Below are positions 28,945-41,642 of a stretch of 64,000 nt of DNA, one piece after another (the first letter of the stretch is position 1; each line of letters opens with the position of its first letter). A program made the translations under genes and the position numbers. Source of the stretch: the human T2T-CHM13v2.0 reference genome, Homo sapiens; assembly GCF_009914755.1 (NCBI RefSeq), contig NC_060937.1. One strand, written 5' to 3'. Below the pieces are notes generated by a model, which did not search any database, was not told the DNA's origin, and worked only from the letters and a program-made list of their open reading frames with translations.

Positions 28945-31239
28945 CTTAGAACCAAAGAATACGTCTGATTTATAACCAAAATTCAAAATTGTGCTTTTTT
29001 TATATTTACTAAAATTACTTTTATCACAAAGGAGATCTTGACTTTCATTGGTGTATCATGTTATACCTGTGATCACAGATACCACTATCATACTCCCCAT
29101 ATCACTCCACATAAATTACACTAAAAATGTTTTCAGAACATAATTTTTCTTCAATTTTTAATTATTTTCCGGAAAAAACAACAACAACAATGGTATGGGT
29201 TCAAAATCCAGCTGTCACTTCTACAGAACCTAAGAGTGGCCGCAAAGATTAAATGAGATCATATATGTAAATATATATATATATATACATAAAGCAGTGT
29301 TTGGCACAGAGCATTTATAGATGTTAGCCATAATTATTATTAGCTTATAACCCTGGTCATGTTATTTCTCCTCCTAGGAGAAATATTTTTTTCATCATGT
29401 ACAATGGGAATGACGATACATACCTTACAGCATGGATACAGGTAATAAGTATATGTAAAGTACTAACAGCAGCAGCTGACAAGGTGAGATCTCAGTACAT
29501 AGTACCAATTATTCTATAACTATCAAATAGGGAGGATGAGTTGACTATGAAGCAATAGATATTTTAGAAAAATGTAATGAACATATTAAAATCATAGGCT
29601 GAAACTGGGAGCAAATTTTATACGTTACAAAGACATTTCAATAACTTGATAAAAACAAAAATCACTGATCTAATGGTAATGACCATTCTCTTGTTACCTA
29701 TTCAATCACACTTGTTAGCACACTCAGGAAGGCAGGGGGAAAAAGCATTTAATATGCACCTACTGCATACCATGAAGTGTGCCTGCTACTTTACATAGGT
29801 TCTCATTTAAATCACACAATCCTACAGAACAGAGTATCATTCTTTTACAGATCAGGCCACATGCTTTAAGACGTTAGAAAAAACTTGTTTGAGGTCACAA
29901 ATTAATATTGGGAAAGACAGAACTCGAACCCGCTCTGTACATCTGTAAAGCCCACACTTTTCCATACTTCTCTATTACAATTTATCTGTTTGAAAGTCTT
30001 CTCTCCTGAAAAGGTGAGCTTCCAGACCCAAGAGCCCTGCCCTTCATTTCTTTAACCAGCTATCCAATAGAATGTCTAACACATGGGGGAACTCAATGAA
30101 AGAAACAAGTGACCGGAGCAGATGCTAGGCTTTGTTAATTCACTTTGTAGGTGCTTAACGCATAGATTTTCAGAAATACGAACAGGTAAACCTTCAGGCC
30201 TGACAAGCCCTACTGTTTCTACAAGAAGGGATGGATGAAGTTAAGCTAGTAATCTCTCTTCAAAATATATTACAAGATAAAAAATAAAATAAAAGAAAGT
30301 CAGTGGGAGACAAAGGAAAATCAGGACCAAAAACAAATGTCATCTTTATACTGATTTAATTTGATTCAAGCACAGACTACTTCCACTTCCCAGTACAACC
30401 TGCCCATATTGCTCTCGGGAATTCTAACTATCGGATTACCAGTGACCATAATGCTAAAAAACTGAATAAGGCTTTTTTTTTTTCAAGGCAAAAATCAATT
30501 CTAAAATTTGAAAATCTGCTATCAGTGCCGAATATCATGATACAAAAAGGGAAAAATAAAAGCTAAAATTAGTTATATCTCATCCACCCAAAATCAGGCT
30601 TCCCCTCACGTCTTTCTGCTCAGCGCCTACAAGTAGTTCTCACACCAACTATGTTAATACCAACACTACATACCCTTAAGGAAGGTGGTGTAGCAAATTT
30701 CACACAAAATAATTTTTAAATAGACAAAACTGATAATGGAGATAAAACAAGAATCACACACTTTAGCTCAGTGCAACAATACCCTAGACTTGTCTTTATA
30801 AGGCAATACGGTATAACGAAATTTTAAAAGGCAAAAATAAAAGTAATCCTTAACCTAAAACGGACAAAATGTACAAACTCCAAGTAGAACAGGCATCAGG
30901 TAAGTCCTTTCCAACCTTGCCTTCCTCTCACCTTTCACTAGACAACGCAGGCTAGTGACTTCCTGGGGTAAGAAATCAAAGTGACCAATTCCATGGCACT
31001 ATGGGAAGTGAGACTCGTCTCAACAGAGTTTTGTGTTTTAAAACAAGAAAGCCCAAAGCTTTGAAATAAATTAATTAATAGATGATGGAATTTCAGGTAT
31101 TAATGAAATTACCATTACTCGACTGCAGGCAGCCGTGTCCTTGCAAAAAGACCATGTGATGCCGCCTGTGAACGCACAGGGATAGGCCTCTTAAGGCAGG
31201 ACTGTAGCGCTGGAGCTAAAGGGCTTTAGCAGGGGTGCG

Positions 31240-32050
<811 letters not shown>

Positions 32051-32279
32051 CATGACATATTCGAATTCCAGTGGACATTAGATATTCTTTGAGAGACGGC
32101 AGGTACTTGAGTAAACAAGAAATGCCCACCATAGGCCTGAAGGAGAAGTTTCCCTTTTAACCCACTCTCTTGGTAAATTTATCCTGCACTTCTCTGTTTG
32201 GTGTCTCTGTCCGGTAACTTTTTACTCTTGCATAGCTCAGTTAAAAATTTTAGATGGGAAATAGTGAAAGAAGTCTAAT

Positions 32280-33020
32280 GGGATTTTCCCTCCAGGGTTT
32301 CAGAATTGCCTGGGACCCGTGAACCCTTTTTTCCTTCCCCTTTCTCTCTTTTGGAATGGATTGTCTACCCTATGCCTGTCTCCCCCTCCAACCCCCGGTC
32401 TTTTAGAAGTGGATTAACTCGTCTCGCTTCACAGGATCACAGATGGAGAGACATTTTGCCACACGATGAATCACACAGTAAGTCTCCTCTGTAGCTTATT
32501 TAAATGATGTAGATGGTGAGAGGAGTTGATGCGGAAAGTGTTAAGACTTTTGGTAATGTTGACATGGTGCGAAAATGTATTTTGCACATGAGAAGGAAAT
32601 CAATTTTGGGAACCAGAGGGCAGATTGGGTTGAACTGTGTCTCCCAAAATAGATGCTGAAGTCCTAACCCTCGGTGCCTGTACATGTGACCTTATTTGAA
32701 AATATGGAGTTTGCAATTATGATTAAGATGGGTCATACTAGATTAGGGAAGCTGTTCTTGTAAGAAGAGGAAAATTTGGCTGATACAGGAGGAGGACAGC
32801 CACCTGAAGATGGAGGCGGGGACTGGAGTGATGCTGCCACCAGCTGCCAGAAGCTGGAAGCAGCAAGGCTGCATCCTCCTGTATCCCCTTTGGAGGGAGG
32901 ATGGCCCTGCTGCTACGGTGATCTCAAACTTCCAGCCTACAGAACTGTGAGAAAGTCCGTTTCTGTTGTTTAAAGACTCCCAGTTTGTGTACTTTATTAG
33001 GGCGATCCTAGAAAACAAGT
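32280..33020 (+). mobile_element. MaLR (MLT1) internal 3' segment plus MLT1 LTR (LTR ~32625-33020)
   Basis: Internal motifs GAATGGATTGTCTACCCTATGCCTGT and TGTATTTTGCACATGAGAAGG; LTR motifs TGAAGTCCTAACCC...GTGACCTTATTTG...CTTCCAGCCTACAGAACTGTGAGA. Confidence 0.75.
32435..32477 (+). other. PCOTH: Predicted internal 5' UTR exon of PCOTH (43 nt) lying in MaLR-internal sequence
   Basis: Acceptor ctcgcttcacAG| and strong donor ACA|GTAAGT; agrees with my recollection of the PCOTH mRNA. Confidence 0.65.
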
Positions 33021-33103
33021 AGAGATTCATGTCTGGCAAATAATGATCAAACAATGATTTGTTGGATAGAATGGTGATTAAAACCTAGGTTAGAAAATGA
33101 GCA

Positions 33104-33265
33104 AAATGGGAGGGAGAGCACCAGGACAAATAGCTAATGCATGCAGGGCTTAATACCTAGGTGATGGGTTGATAGATACAGCAAACCACCACAGCACATG
33201 TTTACCTATGTAACAAACATGCATGTTTTGCATATGTATCCCAGAACTTAAAATAAAATAAAATT
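33104..33265 (+). mobile_element. L1PA 3' end fragment
   Basis: ACCTAGGTGATGGGTTGATAG...TTTACCTATGTAACAAAC...CCCAGAACTTAAAATAAAATAAAA; flanking AAAATGAGCA duplication. Confidence 0.85.
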
Positions 33266-33726
33266 TTTTTAAAAGACAAAATGAGCAGTGTCTACAGCTT
33301 TCTGGAGTATGACAGCATCACCAGCTTAAAGCTGTTGCTAGTACTAAATTGAATAAACATTTCCCTCTAATTTCCCCTTAATGTCCTCAGAAACACAGAT
33401 GAGGGATACATCTTCATATGACTCCTCAGAGCACTAAAATGATATTAAAACACTCTTCCCACAAGAAACGCACAGACGAGGGATTCTTCAGATAATAGGA
33501 ATAAGAAATGTGAAATAAATTAGAATAAACCATGCAGCTATTTTAAATATTTACTCCTGGAAAAATAGTAAGTTACACAGAATCAGTTTTGGGAATAACT
33601 TTTCCATTTTCACCTTTTTATGATTATTGTAATAATTGGAGGAATTAATAAAGTAAAACCATCTGAATAAGTTCATCCCAAGCTGATTCTGATGGATGGT
33701 GTGGCGGATTTTTAAACTCTCCTCTG

Positions 33727-34499
33727 TCACGGGCTGCTGAACAGAAGGAACCCTGTGAAAGTTGTGTCATCGTCCTCATCAGCAAACAAGCCATTGAACC
33801 TCTCTCCTCCTGTCACCTGCAGCCACACCTCATCCCCGAGCTTCAGCTGCAGGACAATGCCGCCAGAGGCCTGGTCCTCAGAGCTCACGTAAGCATCTTT
33901 GGTGTGCAGTATTTTTACTCCATTTTTGACCAAAGACACCTGAACATTCCTGGAGAAAACAGTGATGTGGTAGGTGAAGTAATAGACCCCAGCAATGTGG
34001 CTCGTGAATTTCCCCGCTGCTGTATCATAATGGTTGAATTCGTTATACAGGATCTTATCAAATTTAATGGGCACATCTGAAGAAGGAAACTTGCTCAGCA
34101 CCGTGAGCCCCACAGTGAAAGCACTTTTTGGCAAGACTAGAGTCTCACCGATTTTCCCTTTCTCTCCTCGATCTCCTTTCCAGCCTCTTATTCCCCGGAC
34201 TCCTGGCTCACCCTGGGGCCCCGTGGGTCCAGCTTCTCCCTTGGGACCAGGCTTTCCAATAGGGCCCATGGGGCCCGGTAAACCAGTTGGGCCCAAAGGC
34301 CCAATGTTGCCCCTTGGCCCCTCAGGACCAGTGGGACCCACGTCACCCTTATTCCCCTTCTGCCCCTGAGGCCCAGTCTCTCCTCGGAGGCCTTTCTCTC
34401 CCATGGGCCCTGCAAGCCCCTTGGGGCCATGTTTTCCTGGGGATCCTCTTGAGCCTTGATCACCTTTGATGCCTTTTGCTTCAACTTTTCCATCTGCTC
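33727..34499 (-). CDS. C1QTNF9B: C1QTNF9B last coding exon (collagen Gly-X-Y C-terminal part plus gC1q domain, stop TGA)
   Basis: TTTAG|GA GCA GAT; 773 nt; Gly-X-Y repeats then SAFTVGLT...[11 protein letters not shown]...[10 protein letters not shown]; adjacency to MIPEP indicates the B paralog. Confidence 0.95.
33823..33969 (+). other. PCOTH: PCOTH penultimate exon (5' UTR plus ATG TG at 33965-33969)
   Basis: Acceptor tctctcctcctgtcacctgcAG|, donor GTG|GTAGGT; lies wholly antisense to the C1QTNF9B gC1q-coding sequence. Confidence 0.7.
33965..34369 (+). CDS. PCOTH: PCOTH / C1QTNF9B-AS1 ORF, 107 aa Pro-rich collagen-like (join 33965-33969, 34051-34369)
   Basis: Removing the 81-nt intron 33970-34050 (GTAGGT...ATACAG) gives [107 protein letters not shown], matching the PCOTH product as I recall it; its translation in vivo is uncertain. 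Confidence 0.72.
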
Positions 34500-34517
34500 C
34501 TAAATAGAGAAAGAGCA

Positions 34518-34523
34518 AATAAA
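34518..34523 (+). terminator. AATAAA polyadenylation signal for PCOTH
   Basis: Canonical hexamer ~150 nt after the PCOTH stop. Confidence 0.6.
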
Positions 34524-34645
34524 GAGATAGTTTGTGAAAGATTCCCTTGTGAACAACTTTGGTTTTTCTATAATTGAGCTCACAAATGAAACAAAGTAGT
34601 ACACAGGTTCAGTATATGCCCAGAGTTTAAAATTCAATTACTCCA

Positions 34646-35113
<468 letters not shown>

Positions 35114-35894
35114 TTACTCCAATTACACACGTGTGTGCACATGGACACACACACACACATCCCAACACACCTTTTGACTACTGTCTACTAAATTAGTGTC
35201 AGGGCTCACATTAGAAATTACAACCCTACCATCTAAGTCTACCATGCTGGCTATTAAATAATGTCAATCCATGACAAAAAGCACTCTGCAGAGCAGAGAC
35301 AGGCAGATTAACTGACACTCAACCCTAGTCGTGACATCCTCTAAAAACCTCCTCCCTGGAGTGAACATAAAATAAAGCCTGCATCGAGGCATTGCCCTCT
35401 CCTGCCCAACCCCAGCCCCAACCCACCTATCCCACCGGCAATTCATCATCTACAGAAACCTTGCTGCTTCCTTGCACCCCCACCCATACCAAAGAGCCGT
35501 CGTTGCAAGTGTGGACTCTGAGGCTAAGTGCCAGGTTTCCATTCTGTCCCCATATGCACACAGGACGTCAGACGAGCTAGTGAGCCTCGTGCCTCTGTTC
35601 CCTCACCTACGGAACTGGGGTGATAAAACTACCTAGTGTCCGGGGATGTTGCATTTGGTGAGTCAGTACATGAAAAGCACAAAGTGAAGATTACACAAGT
35701 TTGCCACTACGACTACATCCCAACCCATCAGGGACCAGTTCTAGTGCCACCTCCTCCATGCAGTGCTGCCAGATGCACCAAGTCAAAAACTCAGTCTCAC
35801 TCCTCAGTGCTCATCCACTGCAAGGTTCAAAGTTCAGCAAACTACAGCCACAGGCCAAATTCAGCCTCCCTCCCGCAAGCAAAACAAACATGGT

Positions 35895-36208
35895 TGACAT
35901 TTTTTTTGTTTTTCTGGTTTTTGTTTGTGACAGGGTCACCCACTCTGTTACCCAGGCTGGAGTGCAGTGATGAGATCATGGCTCATGGCAGCCTCAAACT
36001 CCCAGGCTCAAGTGATCCTCCCATCTCAGCCTCCTGAGTAGCTGGGACTACAGGCATGTGCCACCATGCCTGGCTAGTTTTTTTATTTGTATAGACAAAG
36101 TCTTACTATGTTGCCCAGGGTGGTCTGGAACTCCTAGGTTCAAGCGATTCTCTTACCTGGGCCTCCCAAAGTGTTGGGATTACAGGTGTGAGGCATGGTG
36201 CTCGGCCA
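35895..36208 (-). mobile_element. AluJ
   Basis: Diverged full Alu on minus strand. Confidence 0.9.
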
Positions 36209-36576
36209 TGGTTTGCATGTTTAAATGGTCACAAATAATATTCCACAATACATGGAAACCATGGGAAATTCCCATTTCAGTCTTCACACATATGGTGTCA
36301 CTGGAACAGAGCCATGCTTATTTATGGAGCATCTACAGCTTCTTTTCACTACAAGGGGAAGTTGAGTAGTGGTGACAGATCTGTGTGGAGTTGAGAATAT
36401 TTACTACCCAGCCCTCTGCAAAGCCTGCCAATCCCTGCAGAATCCCCCCATCTGGAGAGTAAGAACTGTGTTGCCTTTATTATAAGATTATAATCAGCAT
36501 GGAGGACTTGTCCATGGTAATATTGTTAAATAGTCGACAGCTCAGAATTAGAGCACCATAAATAGGAACTACTAAC

Positions 36577-36639
36577 CTCGTTCTCCCTTCTCTCCACTCG
36601 TCCCATCCTTCCCCGGGCTGCCAGGACGTCCTGGTTCTC
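36577..36639 (-). CDS. C1QTNF9B: C1QTNF9B middle coding exon
   Basis: CTAG|GA...G|GTTAGT; 63 nt; (G)EPGRPGSPGKDGTSGEKGER(G); phase 1-1. Confidence 0.95.
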
Positions 36640-38175
36640 CTAGGTGGAAAAGCAGAAAACAGGCATGAGTTGAAATTCCATTTCTGATTTTTCTGGCCAT
36701 TGGTCTCCATCAGCCATGTGTGTTGGAGAGTCTGGGGGTGACCCCCGCCCTGACGGGCACTCTGTCCTCCACACGAGCGCAGGTGGAGAGAGGCAGGCAT
36801 GAGCGGGCATCTGGGGTGCTGAGCTGCGTGGGATAAGTGGTCTAAGAAATGAACTGAGTGACTTCCCAGGCGCCCATCTCTAGGACGTGCCTAGAGCGCA
36901 CAGCAAGACAGGACGAAGAGGGAGTGTGTGCAATGGGGACTGACTCACAATTGATTGTGTTCCTCTCCTGCGACAAGGACTTGGGACGTGGTCTGAATGT
37001 TGAAGGTGCGAGGAGGTTTCCTCACTCTGTTTCTCTTCCATTACTCTTGAGGAGAGTGGAATGGAAGATTTACTAGGCTCCTATGAAAACACAGATGACT
37101 ATGGTTACGTGACACTATCCCAAGATAGAAGAGAGAGTTCTGGAGGGATCCCTCTAGTGCCTTACACTGGGGGAAATGCTACTAATCGAGCTGGCAGAGA
37201 ACATCAGGTGAGTGGGGCTCTGCTGACTACACTCAAGTCCTTGTGCTCAGAACAGGCCCCCCTGAGCTCCAGGTCGGCGTGCTATCCGTCAGCGGGTTGA
37301 AGGTGGCTCTGGCTATGGCAGTAGAGTGCTCACTGGGCCACAGCTCACCCCAGACTCTGGCTTCTCACAAAGCAGCAGAGACTCCCATACTTCAGACCCA
37401 CTGACGTGGCTGTGGGGCAACAGGCGCAGGCTGGGCCGGCTTGCAGGTCCTGAGACAGGACTGACACAGGCAGACTTATTTCTGTCACGATGTCTGTTCT
37501 CCTGGGACACCAGCGCTCCTGAGTGGGGCCTTGGTCAGCGTGGGACCTCTGAATGGAGGGAGCTTATCCCTACATTTGCCCCTCCCTGCGCTCCCCTTCC
37601 CTCCCCTCTACTGGCTGCTCCCCTGTGTCTTCCTCTCCTTCCCTCTTTTTGTTCCCCTGCTTGGCTCTCGTTTCTCCCATTCTCTAGAGCAGTGGCCTCT
37701 GAGCTTTCATGATCACGCACCACAACTCACAAAGCATGAACACAGACCCCAATCAGTAGACATTTATATGTTTCTACATTATGCACAGGTAGTATATGAA
37801 AAATATGTTTGGTATAAAACATACACAAAAATACACTTTAAGATGGTAAGATAAAAATGAAGTAAATTTTTAGTGTGAGCAATGTGATTGAATGTCCTTC
37901 TAAGAAAGAATATATATTACAAATAATACTTATGAATTACATAGAAAAAATAGATATAACATTTGCTTCTAAGAAGTATGTAAAACTTGAAAGAATGGAC
38001 ATTGGTGAGCAGAGGAGAGAAATTCAACACGGAAGAGGTAGAGAAATTTGGTATTGAATATAGAAGTGTTTGTCTTAGTTCTCTGTATTTTGTATCACCT
38101 ATTTATCTCCTTTTATGTGTAATATTTTATAACAAAAATTTAAAAAATGAAAATCCTAAACATTCAGAAATAAAA

Positions 38176-38190
38176 TACACACAGACACAG

Positions 38191-38225
<35 letters not shown>
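38176..38225. repeat. Compound (CA)n microsatellite
   Basis: ACACACAGACACAGACATACAC(AC)n. Confidence 0.9.
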
Positions 38226-39073
38226 ACTGTGGTCACAGTGTGAGGGCAGAAGACCTGATTTCATTAAGGGTAAGGTTTTAGTATTCATTTGGACTGGGCT
38301 ATTTGCTACCGGGGGACTGGAACAGTCTCAATGAGCTGGAGATGTGAGGAGCCAGGAGAAGACACCTCACAGAGCAGATGTGCCGGTTAGAAAGAAATAA
38401 AGTTGCTTCCTGGTGACCCTTGGCTTCATCCAGCCCATTCAAAAAACTATCAGGCCACCAAATGCCATAAAGTGAGACATGTTAGAAACACAAACTTATT
38501 TGTAAAAAGGTCCATAGAAGTTTTGATATTTTCTTTCTAATGCCACTGAACTGTGCTCTTAACCCAGTGAATCATTCTGCATAAGTCTTAGATATGTGAC
38601 CCTATGGTCAAGACCAGGCCTCAAGAATGGTACCCCATTCAGAAACCAAGTCTATTGGTTGTTGTTATGGAAAGCACTCAGACTTCCAGGCTTTGGCAAA
38701 TCTCCCTCCCAGAGGATGGATTCTGTCCCCAGATCCCCAGACCCTGCCTAGGTCATAGATTCATAAGCAGCAGCTGTATGTGTCATCTGTCACTCCGCAT
38801 CTCCTGCTTCATGACATGATATGGTATTAGCTCTCACCTGCACTGCAGCTGGATGCTTGCTGCCAAATAATTCATGATCAGATCTCTCTATTGGCCTCGT
38901 GTTGCCAAAAATCCAACATACCTGTCACCTGAGGTGGGAGGATCCATGACATTGTATACTACTGAAAATGTCCTGCGGTGTCAGAGATGAGAGAACCCAG
39001 GAGGGCAGGGGTCATGGCGATCTGGCCCTGTGCTCTCCACCAGCACCTGGCACAGAGTCTGGCATGGAGCAGA

Positions 39074-39208
39074 CCCCGTGAGTGTTGCTGGGCAGATGGG
39101 TGGATGGATGAATGGGGTCAGGCCCCAGTGAGTGTTGCTGGGCAGATGGGTGGATGGATGACTGGGGTCAGGCCCCAGTGAGTGTTGCTGGGTGGATGGA
39201 TGGATGGG
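39074..39208. repeat. 50-bp tandem repeat, ~2.6 copies, with TGGA sub-repeats
   Basis: GTGAGTGTTGCTGGG recurs at 39078, 39128 and 39178. Confidence 0.92.
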
Positions 39209-39308
39209 TTGTGAGTGGGTAGGTGGAAAACCACACAGATGATGAGTGAATGAGATGAAAGGAATGAAGAGAGAAGCTCAAAGGCAGCCGAAGCCGTCAG
39301 GTGAGTAC

Positions 39309-39474
39309 CTGCATCGCCTTTGTCACCCTTCGCTCCGTCTCGTCCATCTCTTCCAGGCAGACCATTGTGACCGGGGTTCCCAGGGATGCCAGGGTGCCCT
39401 TGCCTGCAGGTGTCCTGTGAGTTTATGTTCCCTGTGCAGATTTCAATGGCAAGCAGAAGCCACCAGATCCTCAT
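39309..39474 (-). CDS. C1QTNF9B: C1QTNF9B first coding exon (signal peptide, N-terminal Cys, start of collagen)
   Basis: ACC ATG; [55 protein letters not shown]; donor G|GTACTC; 166+63+773=1002 nt = 333 aa + stop; acceptor TTTCCCTCTTTCAG| at 39494. Confidence 0.96.
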
Positions 39475-39894
39475 GGTTCAGATGACAGACTGAACTGAAA
39501 GAGGGAAACAGAAACCCAGAGGAGAAACCTTTGTTGCTGGGGCCCTGGACACAGCCTCCGTTCTGTGCAGTGGGAAATGGGTGAGCTGTCCCCTGCCCCA
39601 GACCCACACCTGGACAGACTTGGCAGAAGACTCAGGGCAGGGGAGCAAGCTGGTTATTACCAGGATGACATTGTCCTTGGAAGGTAACACTTGTGATTGG
39701 AACCACTCTTCAAGCTGAACGGGCAATAAAAAAAAGCCAAGTTTAAGGTCAGGATACTCTTCCGTTCATCATTTCACTTTGAAGAAATCACTTCTCTTAA
39801 CCACAGACCAATGCTTACTTATCTCACAGGACTATTGTAAAAATCAAATTTTATCACAATATGCATAAAGGCACATGACAAATAGTGAAGCAAA

Positions 39895-40445
39895 CATAGC
39901 ATTACCATCTGATCCAGCAATTCCACTGCTGTGCATCTACACAAAATAATTGAAAGCAAGGACTAGAACAGATGTCCATGTTCGTAGTTGCATTATTTTC
40001 CATAGCAACCCAAGGGTCCCTCAGTGGATAAACAGATACATGCAATGTGGTAGGTCCATACAATGGAATATTCTTCAGCCTTAGAAAGAAAAGAAATTCT
40101 GACATGTGTTACATGAATGGACCTCGAGAACATTATGCTAAGTGAAACTAGCTAGTCACAAACAGACAGACCTGGATAACTTCAGTTATAAGAGGTTCCT
40201 AGAGCCGTCAAACTCATATAAAGAAAAAGTAGGATGATGGTTGCCAGAGGTGAAGAGAGAAGGAAATGGGAGTTGTTTGATGGGTACAGAGTTTGGGAAG
40301 ATTTTAAAAGAGTTCTGGAGATGGGTGGTGGTGATGGTTGCACAACAAAGAGAATGTACTTAATGCCACTGAACTGTGCCCTTAAGATGGTTAAGCTGGT
40401 TAGTTTTATGTTATATATTTTTTAACCACATTAAACAATTAAATT
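39895..40445 (+). mobile_element. L1MB 3' end
   Basis: GATCCAGCAATTCCACTGCTG...GTTCTGGAGATGGGTGGTGGTGATGGTTGCACAAC...ACTTAATGCCACTGAACTGT. Confidence 0.85.
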
Positions 40446-40483
40446 AAATTTTTAAAAAAGTAAAGCATTCCAAACAGTCTTAC

Positions 40484-40568
40484 TGTAATGAGAGGTATTC
40501 TTTGAGTCAGGGTCTTGTTTTTCTAGGAGGCCACTGTGAAGAAGGGCCACACACACAGAAAACATCAC
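40484..40568 (-). other. C1QTNF9B: Predicted C1QTNF9B 5' UTR exon (85 nt)
   Basis: CTAG|GTGATG...TTACA|GTAAGA; resembles the C1QTNF9 5' UTR as I recall it. Confidence 0.65.
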
Positions 40569-40973
40569 CTAGTTCGGGAGAAGTGCATTTTCAAGTCCTT
40601 TCCTCTGTAGACACTGCCCCCACCCCAGGTTATCCATGCAGTTTCCCCCGCAGCAGGAGCTAAGACAACGCTTGGGCAGTGCTCCAAACGGAGCAGCAAA
40701 CGCAAGGCCTGGAAGGAAGATGAAACGTGGATGGCTGGGCCTCCTGACTCAGCAACGCTCCCACTCAGGGCTGTGGAGCACCCTGTTACTCTCCCACATG
40801 GCGCTTGTCATGGCAGGGGCTTGACACTTGTTTACATAATTGTAGGATGAAGAATCTGACTCCCCGCCTGACTGTATTTCCTCATTATTGCCTTCCCAGT
40901 ACTCAATATTAAACTTGGAACAGCAGATTAAACAAATACTTGTTGAATGAAATTAATGTATCATCATGGGAGA

Positions 40974-41642
40974 TGTCTTAGGATATATATATAATTTTTG
41001 GAGACAAGGTCTTGCTCCATCACCAAGGCTGAAGTACAGTCATGCAATCACAGCTCACTGTAATCTCAACCTCCCAGCTCAAGTGATCCTCCTGCCTCAA
41101 CCTCCCAAGCAGCTGGGACTACAGGCATGCACCACCACACCCGGCTAATTTTTTTTTTTTTTTTTTTTGAGATGTAGTTTCACTCTTGTGACCCAGGCTG
41201 GAGTGCCATCTCTGCTCACTGCAAACTCCGCCTCCCAGGTTCAAGCAATTCAGCTTCTCGAGTAGCTGGGATTACAGGCGCCATCACCACGCCCGGCTAA
41301 TTTTTGTATTTTTAGTAGAGACGGGGTTTTACCATGTTGGCCAGGCTGGTCTCAAACTCCTGACCTCAGGTGATCTGCCCGTCTTGGCCTCCCAAAGTGC
41401 TGGGATTACAGGCATGACCCATTGCCACTGGCCCTAATTTCTCTTCTCTTCTTTTCTTCTTTTTTCCTTCCTTCCTTCCCTCCCTCCCTCCCTTTCGTTT
41501 TCTTTCTCGCTTTCTTTTTTTTTTTTTTTTTTTTTTTTTGAGACTGGGTCTAACTCTGTTGCCCAGGCTGGTCTTGAATTCCTGAGCTCCCGCCTCAGTC
41601 TCCCAAAGTGCTAGTATTACAGGCTAAAGCCCCTGCACCTGA
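40974..41642 (-). mobile_element. AluJ split by an AluS (~41150-41433) inserted in its A-rich linker
   Basis: Right arm 40974-41150, full AluS, CT-rich tract, left arm ~41520-41642; CTAATTT on both sides of the inner Alu. Confidence 0.85.

Noticed and set aside
33550-33555. AGTAAA (minus strand) as the C1QTNF9B poly(A) signal
   Set aside because: Non-canonical hexamer in AT-rich DNA; not supportable without 3'-end data
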